This document shows, piece by piece, positions 1 through 11,962 of a stretch of DNA of 64,000 nucleotides. The stretch lies in assembly GCF_009914755.1 (NCBI RefSeq), contig NC_060928.1; one strand, given 5' to 3'. The notes under the pieces are model-generated. The model had not been told where the DNA came from and ran no database searches. It saw only the letters and a program-made list of their open reading frames with translations. Source of the stretch: the human T2T-CHM13v2.0 reference genome, Homo sapiens. The translations under genes were made by a program, and so were the position numbers. The number at the start of each line of letters is the position of its first letter. The first letter of the stretch is position 1.

Positions 1-14
1 ACTGTCGAGGGCTG

Positions 15-381
15 TGGATGAGTCCATTCTCACGCTGCTATAAGGACATACCTGAGACTAGGTAATTTATAAAGGAAAGAGGTTTAATTGACTCACAGTT
101 TGGCATGGCTGGGGAGGCCTCAGGAAACTTACGATCATGGTGGAAGGGGAAGCAAGGCGACTTCTTCACAAGGCGGCAGGAAGAAGTACAGCAGGGGAAA
201 TGCCAGATGCTTATAAAACCATCAGATCTCGTGAGAACTCACTCACTAATCCGAGAATAGCATGGGGGAAACCACCCCATGATCCAACCACTTCCCGCTG
301 GGTCCCTCCCATGACACGTGGGGATCATGGGAACTACAATTCAAGATGAGATTTGGGTGGGGACACAGCCAAACCATATCA
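15..381 (-). mobile_element. THE1-type MaLR solo LTR
   Basis: Reverse complement starts TGATATGGTTTGGCTGTGTCCCCACCCAAATCTCATCTTGAATTGTAGTTCCC, the THE1 5' end. Length ~367 bp. Perfect 5-bp target-site duplication GGCTG at 10-14 and 382-386. Confidence 0.92.
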
Positions 382-1439
382 GGCTGGGAATTTGGAGGGC
401 CTGTGGGTGGCCCGCAGGGCAGGCAGGACCCTGATGTGCAGGGCACAGACCTTGCCCGCAGCAGCCGCACTGTGAGAGCCTCACACTTGCACCCCCGTCT
501 TCTGCACCCGCGTGTTCCACCGTGATGACTCCATGTCGTTGTGAAAATAAAGGAGTGTTGGGTTTGCTGGATTTAAGAGGCCAGGAATTTGTGTCATGGA
601 TTTCAGAACTAGTTCCACCAAGAGTACATACAGTTTAGAACAACAGCTGCCGACTGACCCCTCAAAGCAGAAGACTTGGTTTTACTGGAGTTGGGCTGAG
701 ACTTCACATTCTGAGGCCTGAGCTGTCTGTGTGCTGGGCTGGTGGCAGGCAGCTCTGATGTGCGAGGCGGCCCTGCACTGAGGGAGCCAGCTGGGTGCCA
801 TGGGGCCTAGTGAGGAGCTGTCCTCCTGGCCTCCCGAGGCATTAACCAAGGGTTGGGGGAGGGGGTGGGGGACGGCCACCCTCTCTCTAGTGTGTGGCAT
901 GAATTGTTTACGGGTGAGCTCCTGCCACTGAGTGTGCAACATGGGGTCCAGGGGCCTCGTCTGAGTCTTCTCTGCACCCCACTACTGGATTCAAGGCATG
1001 GTGGAGTAATGGAAAGAAAAGGAATGAGTGGATGAAGTCCTGGCAGGGGGAGAAGGAAGATGCCATTCTCTTAATTCCTGATGCCAAGCAGGGCCAGATG
1101 GAGCCAGGGGCTTGCATGATTTTCAAGCTGATTTCTGGAAATATCTAGTAAGCATTGGTTTAGATGGGTGAGGTTGATTCAGGCAAGGGGCTGCTGTCTA
1201 GCTCAGAGGGAGGGGGGACAGTTGCTATTTCCCCAGTTTTGGAAAGTTCCATGTGTGGGGACCTGAATGCAGTGCTCGTGGCTCCCATTTCCGGCCCCGT
1301 TTTGCACGCTGTGGGGTGGCCTCGCCAGGTGCGTCCCACGTGTGAAACATGCCACTTTCCAGCTCCTTCCCAAGGCCAAGCTTGGTCACCGAGCAGTGGG
1401 AAGTGACTTGGGGATGAGTTTGCGAGAAATTTCCAGCAC

Positions 1440-1695
1440 ACCCCACGTTTAATTCCTTTTCTGTCTCCAGGTTGCCATAGAAAGAACATGATTAATTAAG
1501 CAGCACCCACACAGGTTGTTTAAAAAAGGAATGATTTTTCAAAACAAAGTAATGCCCCAGTGGTTTGTCAGAGAGAGAGAGGGAAGAAAGCTTTAATAAG
1601 CAGAATGCTGTTTAATAAATCATAATTATTTTTGTGGGCAAACATGTCAGCTCAGTGACGGCACCCAATTAAACATACAATCATGTTGACTTTGC
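1440..1695. promoter_or_regulatory. candidate enhancer (homeodomain-motif-rich island)
   Basis: ATTAATTAA, TTTAATAA x2, ATAATTAT, CCAATTAA, TGTCA x2, AACAAAG in ~250 bp of non-repeat sequence. Confidence 0.4.
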
Positions 1696-1809
1696 CCTTC
1701 ATACTCACAGAGCCGACCATGCCCCTGTGGGTTGACAAGATGTCCCCAGGTTCTTGTGGGCAAATATTATCACCTTTCTTTCCCCTGAGTTTTTGATTTG
1801 ATGTCCTTG

Positions 1810-1980
1810 AGGAGTTATTCGCAGACTTTGGTGTGTGTCAGAATCTCCTGAGGACTTGTTGTAAAGGTGAGATGGGAGCTCGCTGCAAACATCCTGGTCC
1901 CACCAGACCCTGGGCCTACGGGTGGACCCAGTGTCTGTAGTTTGAATGAGCTCTCTGGGTATTACATGCATATGTCCCCA
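1810..1980. mobile_element. MER5-like hAT-Charlie DNA transposon relic
   Basis: cagactttggtgtgtgtcagaatctcctgaggacttgtt...tctgtagtttgaatgagctctctgggt resembles the MER5A body. Boundaries approximate. Confidence 0.5.
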
Positions 1981-2409
1981 GGTGAGCCTTTTTCAGGCTG
2001 TGTGACCAGCGGAACCAGAGAGCGCCGTAGTGACCTTCTGTGTGGCTGGCGCTCTTCTCATTCAAGGTGTGCAAGAGCTGGAATTGAACTGGGGGCAGGT
2101 TCGGATTACCCCAAGTCACCCAGCTCTGAGCAGAACTGTTGCAGCCACAGGGATGTCGGGTGGAGCAGTGGTTTGGCAAAAGCCACCCAGCCCTTAACAT
2201 GCTTTGGGCCTGTGAGGGCACCGGAGAAACAGCGAAGGAAAGACAGAAGCTTTCCCTCCTGAAGCCCACAGTCCAGGGATGGGAGGCAAAAGCCAACACT
2301 CATCTTCCAGAGCTGCTGGGCCGTGGAGCGGGCAGCTCATTCTGTAGGAGGCCCAGGCAGGCTTCCTGGAAGAGGAAGCACTTCACTGACTCTTGGAGAA
2401 AGATACTAA

Positions 2410-2600
2410 GTTAAGCATATATTTAAGGGGTATTTTCTGAGTGTTTGGCCCTGTGGTAGGAGGCAGTGGTTCAATATGGACCAAGCCATTCAGATCCTTA
2501 CCTTCACGGAGCTTATATTTTTTAGCATGGGAGAGAGACAGAAAACCTAAAAACAGTGAAACAAGTTCAGATGGGGCTGAGTGCTATGGAGAAAATGGAG
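2410..2600 (-). mobile_element. L2 3' fragment
   Basis: Degraded L2-type text (gatccttaccttcacggagcttatatttttagcatgggagagagacaga...gtgctatggagaaaat). Confidence 0.55.
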
Positions 2601-2729
2601 CAAGTGATGACCCACCCGGGCCAGGGTGGATGGGATTGGCTTTGGAGCCAACCAGGCAAGGGGAAAGGGCGTTTTGGGACCTCAGATGATGGAATGAACT
2701 GGGCATGTATGGGGGACAGAAAGTGTCAT

Positions 2730-3110
2730 GTGACCCAGCAGTCCCCTCCTAGGCATAAACCCCAGAGAGACGAAAACCCGTGTCTCCGCTGCAGCAAGAT
2801 TCATGGTACCTAAAGGTGAGACAACCCAAATGTCCAGCAACAGACACGGATGAACAAAATGTGGCCCATCCACGTGGTAGAATATTATTCAGCCACGGAC
2901 AGGAATGGAGCTCTGACACCTGATACGTGATGAACCTTGAAAACAGGACACTCAGTCAAAGAAGCCAGCCACGAACAGCCACATACTGTATGGCTGCATG
3001 TCTATGGAATGTCTAGAATAGAGACAGCCATAGGGACGGAAAGCAGGTCAGTGTTGCTTGGGACTGGCAGAGAGCGGGGCATGGGGGTGGTAGCTAACGG
3101 GCATGGTGAT
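2730..3110 (+). mobile_element. old L1M 3' end fragment
   Basis: acaacccaaatgtccagcaaca...gatgaacaaaatgtgg...agaatattattcagcc...gaaccttgaaaaca...agaagccag are typical L1M ORF2-end/3'UTR motifs. Confidence 0.8.
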
Positions 3111-3884
3111 GGAAGCACTCGTCTAAAATGGACTGGTGGTGTGTGCGGGGGTCTGTGCATATGCTGACAGCCGCTGGCTTGGTGCACTGGCTGGCATGCG
3201 AATGAGATTCCAGTAGAGCTGTTTCAAGAGAAGGGTAGTGCGGCCGGGGCAGAGGGCTGGTGCAGGGAGGGAGGCCACGTGCTGTGGTCAGGCTTCCCAG
3301 GCTGTGGCAGGAGAGAGCGGGAGGATCTGGAAAGGGCAGGTGTGGGGAGGGCCGGGGCGTACAGATCTGTGTGGGGTGTGGGCGCTGGGCACGGCAGCTG
3401 TGGTCTCCCTGGGGTGGTCATGGGGCTGGCCTGGGGAGGGTTTTCTGCAGAGGAGCTGCAGGGAGGCTGGAAACCATTCCTCTTCTCCCTCCACTCCACC
3501 TTGATTCATTCACTCAAGAACACGCAAAGACTTCTTTGCTTTTTTCAGGCAGGCCCTGGCTGGGTCGGTGGAGGGAGGGCTCCTCTGCCTGGATCCTAAC
3601 TGGACCCCAGGATGCTGAAATCCCAGACTTCCTGAGCCCTGAATTTGCCAAGATTTGTATTGTATTAAAAACAACAACCAACTGAGCAACAAAAAAACCC
3701 AGACTCGTGTTCTGATGAAGGACGGGACTCATACTCGTTTTAGATCTTGCAAGAGGAAAGGCCTAAGGAAAAAGAAACTGGACATGACCCACATTCTGAT
3801 TCCTCACAGATACCAATGGCCAGCTTTTGGTGCCTTCTCATCGCATTTTTCTTCTGTGCAAAGAAAAGGACCTTAGTGTATATG

Positions 3885-3913
3885 CACACACACACACACA
3901 CACTCTCACACAC
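3885..3913. repeat. (CA)n microsatellite
   Basis: cacacacacacacacacactctcacacac seen directly. Confidence 0.9.
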
Positions 3914-5126
3914 AGAGTTTGGAATTATTCTTTGTGCACCTAATGTTATATTGTATGCATTTTCCTACCTTGGTGAAAATCCTTTGGAAAGGACAGGTGG
4001 CCACACGGTCATTTCTTTATTTTTGTATCACTGTGTCCTTGGAATGATGCTAATTTTTACATTATAAATAATTATGCTGATGTGCATTAACCCAATTAAT
4101 ACCCTTGGATACAACTCTTTATCTGTGTGTCTGGTGGTTTCCTAGGATGAATTCTCTCTGAAATGAAGTCACAAGGTCAAAAGTCAGGAATGGGGCGTGT
4201 ACTCAGTGCCCATACGGATGTTCTCTAGACATGTCCACCAAGACTCCCCAGAATCACAGCATGGCCCGTGTGTGCTTAAGCTCTCAGTGCAGGTGCCTCA
4301 GGGGCCTCCTGGTGCCTTCCTGGGAAGGGCTGGGCTTGGGAAGGGCATCTGGGAAGATGCCTGGTCTGGCCTGTGGCCCACACCTGTCGCCTGTGCAGTT
4401 ATCCACCCCTGGAATCTGACCCTGCCTGCCTCATTCTGAAGTCCATCCTGTTAAGTGGCATGTGAAGTGAGTCAGTCCTCTGGGCCTCAGTTTTCTCGTC
4501 TGTTCAGAGGGATGACTGATACCTACCAGGCACAGAGTAGGAACTCAATGGCTGTTGCATATTATTAATTGTATTAGCAAATTAAAATAGCGATGCAGAG
4601 AGGGTGGGGCTGCTGAGTGAGCTGGGGGTCCCAGGGCTGGTGGGGGAAGGCTGTGTGGCCTGGCCTGCTGGTTTCCAGGGCCCCTCTAGGCACCGCAGCA
4701 GGATGCAGATCCAGATCCATCTGCTGGGAAGTCTCCAGGAAGCTTGGCTCTGCCCAGGTGGCTTGGGAACCTTGCAGGGCTGAGCCCCAGGGGGCTGAGC
4801 CAGGCTGGGGAAGGAAGGTCTGACAACATTTAATTTTCTCCTTGAAATCTGCCTCTAGCTTAATCCTCCTCAAGTGTGAAGACAAATGCACCATTAAGGC
4901 ACCAAACAGGGAGGTGGAGTGGCTTTTTAATAATTTGCGATGAGTGTGAAGGGTGAGAGGAGGCGGGGCTGGGACTGCCACCCCTGGGAAGCTGCAGCAG
5001 CAGACTTTGGCCAAGTCGTGTCCTCTGGTCTCAGAAACCTCGCCATCTGGCCTTCTGGCCTTTTGCTTTGGTCAGCTGCTGCTTCTGCCCACACCTGTGA
5101 CCCATGGTGGTCCATGGCTGGGGGAG

Positions 5127-5310
5127 TGTATTAGGTGCTACACACTTTTAAATAACCAGATCTTATGAGAACTCACTTCCTGTACAGTGCAAAGGAGGGT
5201 GGCACTAAACCATTCATGAGAACTCCATCCCCGTGACCTCCCCCCAGGCCCCACCGCCAACACTGGGGAATACAGTGAGGCTTGGGTGGGGACAGAGTCA
5301 AACCATATCA
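5127..5310 (-). mobile_element. MST (MaLR) solo LTR with large internal deletion
   Basis: Starts tgtattag and ends caaaccatatca. Flanks gggag/aggag are a near-TSD. Joins directly to gtgctacacacttttaaataaccagatc, which lies ~220 bp further in within the MST copy at 54595. Confidence 0.85.
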
Positions 5311-5639
5311 AGGAGGAGGAGGTGTGGCACTCGGTGGGGATCAGGGGCCCCTGTGGACCTCCCACTCCCTCCGATCCTTCCCCTTCCAGGACAGTCCTGG
5401 GGCTTGGTCCTCTCTCATGAGCTCACTGGGGGCCGAACGGACCTGGAGGACCCTGAGCTTCATTAATTATGAGTTGTTTTTGCCAAGGACATTTCATCTG
5501 TGACATCTTTGCTTTGGTGTAAACAGACCGGTCTTCTCTCTACCTCATGGAGAGTGATGTATGCAATGTATGTTCCATAAAATGCTTCCAAGGGAGAGAG
5601 AAAGATAATGTGATCCAATTATACAAAATATGTTGGCAG

Positions 5640-5980
5640 ACTCCTATTGATCCTTCAAAACCCTAATGCAGTATTGCCTCCTCCATGTAGACTTTCTTGA
5701 TTACCCTGACAGAGTTACAGAGTTACTCCCATCTTCCCCTACCCGTACTGTGCTGCACACACATTTCTGCTTCAGGGGAGGTCTCAGGGAGCTTTTATTT
5801 ATGGTGGGAACTGTGGGTACTGTGATCGTGGCTATAGTCATGGCTCCTGGATGCCTGCGTCCAGCCCACTGGACTGTGAACTGTGAGCGAAGGGACCAAG
5901 TCCTCTTCATCTTTGTGTGCTGTACCCAGCCCTGCTCTTGGCTCAGAGCAGACCGGAATCGTTCTCTGTTGAATGCAAAG
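5640..5980 (+). mobile_element. L2 3' fragment
   Basis: tccttcaaaaccctaatgcagtattgcctcctcc...cactggactgtgaactgtgagcgaagggaccaagtcctcttcatctttgtg...tgttgaatg. Confidence 0.6.
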
Positions 5981-6099
5981 GAGCACTGAGAACAGCATTT
6001 TGCGAAATCCGAAGCATGACAGAAATGTTTACTGCATCACCTCATTGAACTCTTCCTCTGGCTTCTCCTCTCTCTGTTGTTCTGAACCAGCATGGCACG

Positions 6100-6628
6100 G
6101 CCAACGCTTGATGATGGCTGCAGTCCTGGGAAGGGGCTGGGACCGGGGCTCACTGCTGCTCACTTTGTGGTTCAGGCCCAGCTGGGGGTTGGGGGTGATT
6201 TCCACTTGAGCTCCAGTGTGGTTGCTGCTAGACTGGGCTGGAGCTGGTGCACGGGGGCTGCATGGATGTCTCTATCCGCACCCTGTGAGCTGGCCCACCA
6301 GGCTGTGCAGACATCTCTCTCTCTCCTCTTGTGCTCTCGGGGCCCCTGTGGTGGTTCTCTGCTGTGGACCAGTTGGGGCTTCCTTCCAGCGTGGTGTCCG
6401 TACAGCAGTGGGACTGCTGCCATGAGGCCTGTGCTGTGGCGAGGGGGTTCCTGCAGAGAAGGCAGAGGCTGTGTGGCCTTTTGGGTCCCAGCCTTGGAAG
6501 CCACAGAGTATCACTTCCACTGTGAACCTGTCAGAAGCCTGTCTGGGTTCAAGGGGAGGCAACAAAGGCCCTGTCTCTCACTGAGAGCAATGTCAAAGCA
6601 CTTGGGGCTGTGTTTGAACTCCGCCACC
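6100..6628 (-). mobile_element. old MLT1 (MaLR) LTR
   Basis: ggcttccttccagcgtggtg...ggcagaggctgtgtggccttttg...cagccttggaagccacagagtatcacttccac...gggttcaaggggagg, typical of older MLT1 subfamilies. Confidence 0.6.
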
Positions 6629-7617
6629 GTGAGAAAACGTGGCTCCGGAGGGTCTGGACCCCCAAAGCAGCCTCTATAGCCTGGGGGCCTCTGATCTCCA
6701 GGGATGGCTTTCCTTGCTGCTGGGAGGGCTGGAAGCTGCAATGCCACCACTGAGGGAGTGTCTATGGTGGCAGGCACCAGGCATGCATTACCTTTTCTGC
6801 TCCCAGACCTGGGAGGTGGCCTCACTGAGCCCCTTTGGGACTGAGGCTTGGAGAGGTATGCAGCCAGCCTGAGGTCACAAAGCCCAAGGAGCAGAGCCTG
6901 GATTGGAACCTGGGCCTGTCTGACCTCAAGCCTGGCCTTGCTGGACCTCTGCGTGTCCTTCCAGGGCAGGAGCTGATGGAGCCCTGTTGAACTGCAGTGT
7001 GTGCCCCATAGCTCACGGTCAGTGCTGTTCCGTTTGCTCGAGGGTTAAGTCCAGACGTCTGTGACGGCTGGGTGAGTGGGGGTTGGGGGGAATGTATGAG
7101 GGGACTCATCCGGAACAGGCGGCGGGCAGAGGGGCTGTTTTTTCCAGGCACACTAACACACGCCATGCAAGACAAAGAAAACCCCGGCCCCTTCCCCCGA
7201 GGCCACTAATCCAGACCGCCATCTGTCCCCAGCTTTCATAGGCCACGTCCCTCAGAGTCACCGCTGAGGTTAAGATGCAGTGGCCCTGCGGCGGCTCGGT
7301 GTGGAGCTGTCACTGTGCCAGAGCTCATGGGCAGACCCTGCTCCGTTGGTGGGGGATGGAAGGGGGGCACGCCTGCTCCCCAGGCCACATCTTCAAGCAC
7401 CGCCGGGAAGCACCAGGGCGTGGCCTGTTTCTGTTTTTGTTTTTTCCCTTCTGGGTCTCCTCATCTCTGGGATCACACGCACAAATTGAATGATGCCTTG
7501 CTAGCAAGTGAGTTCCTCGATGCCGCCATGTGGCTGAAGGGCAGTGGGGCCATCCCTGATGGTGCCACCGCGGTAGCAGCTGTGACCAGCACCCCTCACA
7601 TTTCATCCACACCAGCA

Positions 7618-7706
7618 CACCTGCTCTTATGCACCTGTGGGTACTCTTATGCACCTGTGGGTACTCTTACGCACTTGTGGGTACTCTTATGCACTTGTGC
7701 GTGCTC
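7618..7706. repeat. 20-bp minisatellite, ~4 copies
   Basis: Unit cacctgtgggtactcttatg repeated with minor variation. Confidence 0.9.
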
Positions 7707-7998
7707 ACACACATGCAGGAGGCCCTGCGGGACAGGAAGGAACATCAGGCTTGAGCAATGCTGGGTTGGAACCCAGAGGCCAGCAGTGCTTCAGGCCTCT
7801 CGAGACCTGCCAGGATAGGCTCCAGCCTGGCTCCACACCCCCACTTGCAGCCTGAGGCCTGGCTGAGGTCTGTGTTTCCCTCGCATCTGTGCTTATCACC
7901 GCTGGCCCTGGGTTCCCCTTTCCTGTGCTCTGGCTCTGATCCTCTCTGCATTAACCGAGGCGAGGGAGCCGCTTTCTTCTCGACTTCTCCAGAAAACT

Positions 7999-8080
7999 GC
8001 TGAGCGCCTGCTCCAGAGCAGACGTAGCCCTCATCACGTCCTCCACAGCCTCCACAGCAGCCTGCAGGTTGTGATCCTGT
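7999..8080 (+). repeat. 82-bp dispersed direct repeat, copy 1
   Basis: 77/82 identical, ungapped, to 13745-13826 by manual alignment. Confidence 0.95.
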
Positions 8081-8610
8081 GCTCTTCTGGGGCCTTGTGG
8101 GTGAGGTGGGCTTTCTTGAGATTTGGTGGAAGGTGGCAGGGGGCACGTTGCATCCCTTCCAGGCAGACACACCTGGCGCCCCTCTGTGTGGTGGCCTGGG
8201 GTGAAGAGTTCCCTCCAGCCCCATTGCCAGGGAGTCGTTTCCCAGCCTCACCCACCGCGCTGCTTCCTCCCTCCTTCCTCGCCTTTCACCCCTCTCTCCT
8301 GTTTCTTCTCCCCAGTCCCAAGAGCAGTGAAACCAAACCCTCTGGGTCCTCAGGCAGAGCGGCTAAACGCAGTTTTGTGGCTGTGGTGCCTGCTGTCCCC
8401 TCTTCCAAAATCTTCCTGTTGGGGTTTTCCTAGAGGAGGGCAGCTCCCTCCCTGGAGGTGCGGTGGGCTCAGGGTGCCGGGGAGGGCATGGACACCTGCT
8501 TTCTCCTTCTCTGGGGCTCCTCATCCAGCTGTGAGGCAGGGGGTGGCGGGAGCTGAGGATGACTGAACGGGAGCAAGCGGGAGCTCATGGGTGGCATTTC
8601 TTGGCCACAG

Positions 8611-8968
8611 TGTCCTTTGCCTGGGCTGCTGTGACAAAGGACTGCAGGCTGGGGGCTTCCACAGCAGAGGCTGATTCTTCACAGTCCTGGAGGCTGGAAG
8701 CTAAGACAAGATGTAGGCAGGGTTGGTTTTCTTCCGAGGCCCCGCTCCTTGGCTCGCAGATGCTGTCTTCTCCCGGCATCCTCGTATGTGCCTGTGTCCT
8801 AATCTCCTCTTCCTGTGAAGATACCAGTCACGTTGGGTCAGGGCCCATTCTGACCACCTTCTTTTAAAGGTCCTGTCTCCAAATAAATACAGACGCATCC
8901 TGGGGTGCAGGGTGTTAACTAGGGCTTCAACAGGTGGGTTTTGAGGGGACACAGTTCAACATGTAACA
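8611..8968 (-). mobile_element. MLT1A/B-like MaLR solo LTR
   Basis: gggctgctgtgacaaag...cacagtcctggaggctggaag...cctaatctcctcttcctgtgaagataccagtca...gggacacagttcaacatgtaaca. Confidence 0.85.
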
Positions 8969-10300
8969 GTCACCTGCATGTGTCCGGTGCTGTGGGGAGG
9001 CCTAGAAGCAGAATCTCAGCAAGGGTGGATGAGGTGCGGATTCCCTCTCCAGTCTCTACTGAGCCTAAAACTTGGCATATTCCTTGCCTTCTGCGTCCTC
9101 TCTTGAAGATGAAGGTGATCGTCCTGCCTACACAGGCTCACGGTGAGAATTATGCAGAGGACATGGACTTGGCCTGGCCCCTGCATGGTGAGGAGTGGAG
9201 AAGGGGCCATCTCCAGGTCCAGCTGTGGGAGCTGAGGGCACTCAGGACCTGATCCACTCCTGGATCCACTTCAGGACCCGCAGCTTCTCTGTGGTCAGGG
9301 CTTGGGGCCTACGACTCTGTCCAGCTGCTCTGGGGCTGCTGTGGCCACAGGCATGTGCTGGGTGGCTGGGCCCACCCTCTGGGACCTTCAGTCCATGCGA
9401 CCAGGGCCACCATCTAAAACAGGGGAGTGCCCCATGGTGTTCCTCCATGGCATCAGCAGCCGGGCTGGTGCCCCCTGGATGGACTGCATGGGATCCCAGT
9501 CCTGCTGGCCAGTCCAGGGCTGGAAGGGCCCATTCCCGTGGCCAGGCCGTCCCGTCCCTGCCCCGAGTGGACTTGCATGAGGCCTGCCGCGCCTTGCTCT
9601 GCTTCGTGGCCTGGTCTGTGTTGAGGGGTCCCCGTGCACCCAGGCCCCTTTGATTTTGTTCCTCTTGCTATTCCCTGGGCCCTGTTCTGGGTCTGCCTGT
9701 GAGGGTGTCCTTTCTACTTTTGGGTATAGGGGTAGCTTGCCGTGCTCGGAACCCACAGGCAGGAGCCTCTCCTCCAAGGGTGGCCCCATCTCTGCATACC
9801 CTGTTTCCTCCCCCAGAACATCTCCTTCCCCCATAATTCCCACACAGTGAAAGCTTTCCAACTCTGCCATGCCATGACCCCCTAAAGAATGTCCCTGCCA
9901 CCAGCTGACAGGAGCCCCTCTCCCTGGGAGGATCTCGGTGCCAATTTCTTAGCACCCGGGACTGAGAATCAAGAGGGTCTAAGGACTCCATCCTCTTCCC
10001 TTGCTCCAAGGGCTCTAGAACCTTTCCAGAAAGAGAGCCTCTGTCTTGTAAAGTTGGCCTGCCTTCCCAGGGAGAGTCCACGCTGGAGAGCACCCAGGCT
10101 TCCAGCACAGATCGTCTGAATTTCCTCCTTCCGGAGCTTGCCTGGAATCCCTCCTGTCATGATCTGGACCAAACCTTACTTGGCTCATGCCCAGGGCATA
10201 GAGGGCTGAGGTCACTCCGAGGCTGAAAAAGGGCCTAAGAGCTTCTGTCACGGTCGTGGGTGTTCCAGGGTCGTGGGTGTTAGATCTGCATGGTGTTCCG

Positions 10301-11308
10301 TGGTCAAGTCTTCGAGTCTCTGGGCAGGAGCAGTGTCATGTGCTCATGTATGAAGGAGATGAAGATGGTCCAGTCTTCCAGTGTCTGGGCAGGAGCAGTG
10401 TCATGCTCGTGTATGAAGGAGATGAAGATGGTCAAGTCTTCGAGTGTCTGGGCAGGAGCAGTGTGGTGTGCTCATGTATGAAGGAGATGAAGATGGTCAA
10501 GTCTTCGAGTCTCTGGGCAGGAGCAGTGTCATGTGCTCATGTATGAAGGAGATGAAGATGGTCAAGTCTTCGAGTCTCTGGGCAGGAGCAGTGTCATGTG
10601 CTCATGTATGAAGGAGATGAAGATGGTCAAGTCTTCCAGTGTCTGGGCAGGAGTAGTGTCATGTGCTCATGTATGAAGGAGATGAAGATGGTCAAGTCTT
10701 TGAGTCTCTGGGCCGGAGCAGTGTCTGGAGCAGTGTCATGTGCTCATGTATGAAGGAGATGAAGATGGTCAAGTCTTCCAGTGTCTGGGCAGGAGTAGTG
10801 TCATGTGCTCATGTATGAAGGAGATGAAGATGGTCAAGTCTTTGAGTCTCTGGGCCGGAGCAGTGTCTGAAGCAGTGTCATTTGCTCATGCATGAAGGAG
10901 ATGAAGATGGTCAAGTCTTCGAGTCTCTGGGCAGGAGCAGTGTCATGTGCTCATGTATGAAGGAGATGAAGATGGTCAAGTCTTCCAGTGTCTGGGCAGG
11001 AGTAGTGTCATGTGCTCATGTATGAAGGAGATGAAGATGGTCAAGTCTTTGAGTCTCTGGGCTGGAGCAGTGTCTGGAGCAGTGTCATGTGCTCATGTAT
11101 GAAGGAGATGAAGATGGTCAAGTCTTTGAGTCTCTGGGCAGGAGCAGTGTGGTGTGCTCATGTATGATGGAGATGAAGATGGTAAAGTCTTCGAGTGTCT
11201 GGGCAGGAGCAGTGTGGTGTGCTCATGTATGAAGGAGATGAAGATGGTCAAGCCTTCGAGTCTCTGGGCAGGAGCAGTGTCATGTGCTCTTGTATGAAGG
11301 AGATGAAG
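10301..11308. repeat. 65-bp VNTR minisatellite (~15.5 units, three 77-bp variant units)
   Basis: Unit tgtatgaaggagatgaagatggtcaagtcttcgagtctctgggcaggagcagtgtcatgtgctca. Period 65 (e.g. 10475, 10540, 10605, 10670). Three units carry a 12-bp internal duplication. Confidence 0.98.
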
Positions 11309-11316
11309 ACACCCAG

Positions 11317-11848
11317 TGCATTGGTCAGGGTTCTCCAGAGAAACAGAGCCAGTAGGAAGTGTGTGTCTAGATCTCTATCTGTATCTATATCCATATCCAT
11401 ATCCATATCCATATCTGTATCTGTCTATATCTAGAGATTTTAATGTATATATTTTCATATCTATGACAGAGGTTTGTTATAAGGAACTGGCTCACATAAA
11501 GATGGAGGCTGGCAGGTCCAGAATCTGCAAAGCCAATGTCCCAGTTTGATCTGAAGGCTGGCAGGCTGCTGTAGAGCCTGGAAGAGCTGATGCTCCAGGT
11601 TGAAGGCTGTCAGCAAGAGAATTCTCTTTTAATTGGGGGGAGGGTCAGCTTTGTCTTCTATTCAGACCTTTAACTGATTGGATGAGGCTGGCCTGCATTG
11701 TGGAGGGCAATGTGCTTCACTCAGTCTTCTGATGTATACATTAATCTCATTCAAATACACCCCTGCAGAAACACCCAGAATAATGTTTGACCAAATATCT
11801 GGGCACCCCATGGCCCAGTCAAGTTGGCACATGAAATTAACCATCACA
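11317..11848 (-). mobile_element. MLT2 (ERVL) solo LTR with internal (ATATCC)n expansion
   Basis: Starts tgcattggtcagggttctccagagaaacaga and ends aaattaaccatcaca (reverse complement of the MLT2 5' end TGTGATGGTTAAT). Internal ttataaggaactggctcac and gaataatgtttgaccaaatatctgggcaccc. Confidence 0.92.
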
Positions 11849-11857
11849 CCTGGTAAT

Positions 11858-11962
11858 ACCATCCACCCATCCACCCATCACTCATCCGTTTGTCTGCATC
11901 TGTCCATCCATCCATCCATCCATTCATCCATCCATCCATCCATCCACTCATTTGTTCATTCA
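11858..11962. repeat. (TCCA)n simple repeat at an L2 tail
   Basis: ccatccatccattcatccatccatc run, followed by L2-like cattcacttagcaaatgtttatggaac. Confidence 0.85.

Noticed and set aside
7951-8172. Helical-looking peptide AAVEAVEDVMRATSALEQ present twice, suggesting duplicated mutually exclusive exons
   Set aside because: No proper pyrimidine tract or donor at matching positions, and the flanks look MIR-derived. Kept only as a DNA duplication.
10301-11308. Possible CRISPR-like array
   Set aside because: Units are contiguous near-identical tandem copies with no unique spacers, there are no cas genes, and the DNA is primate.
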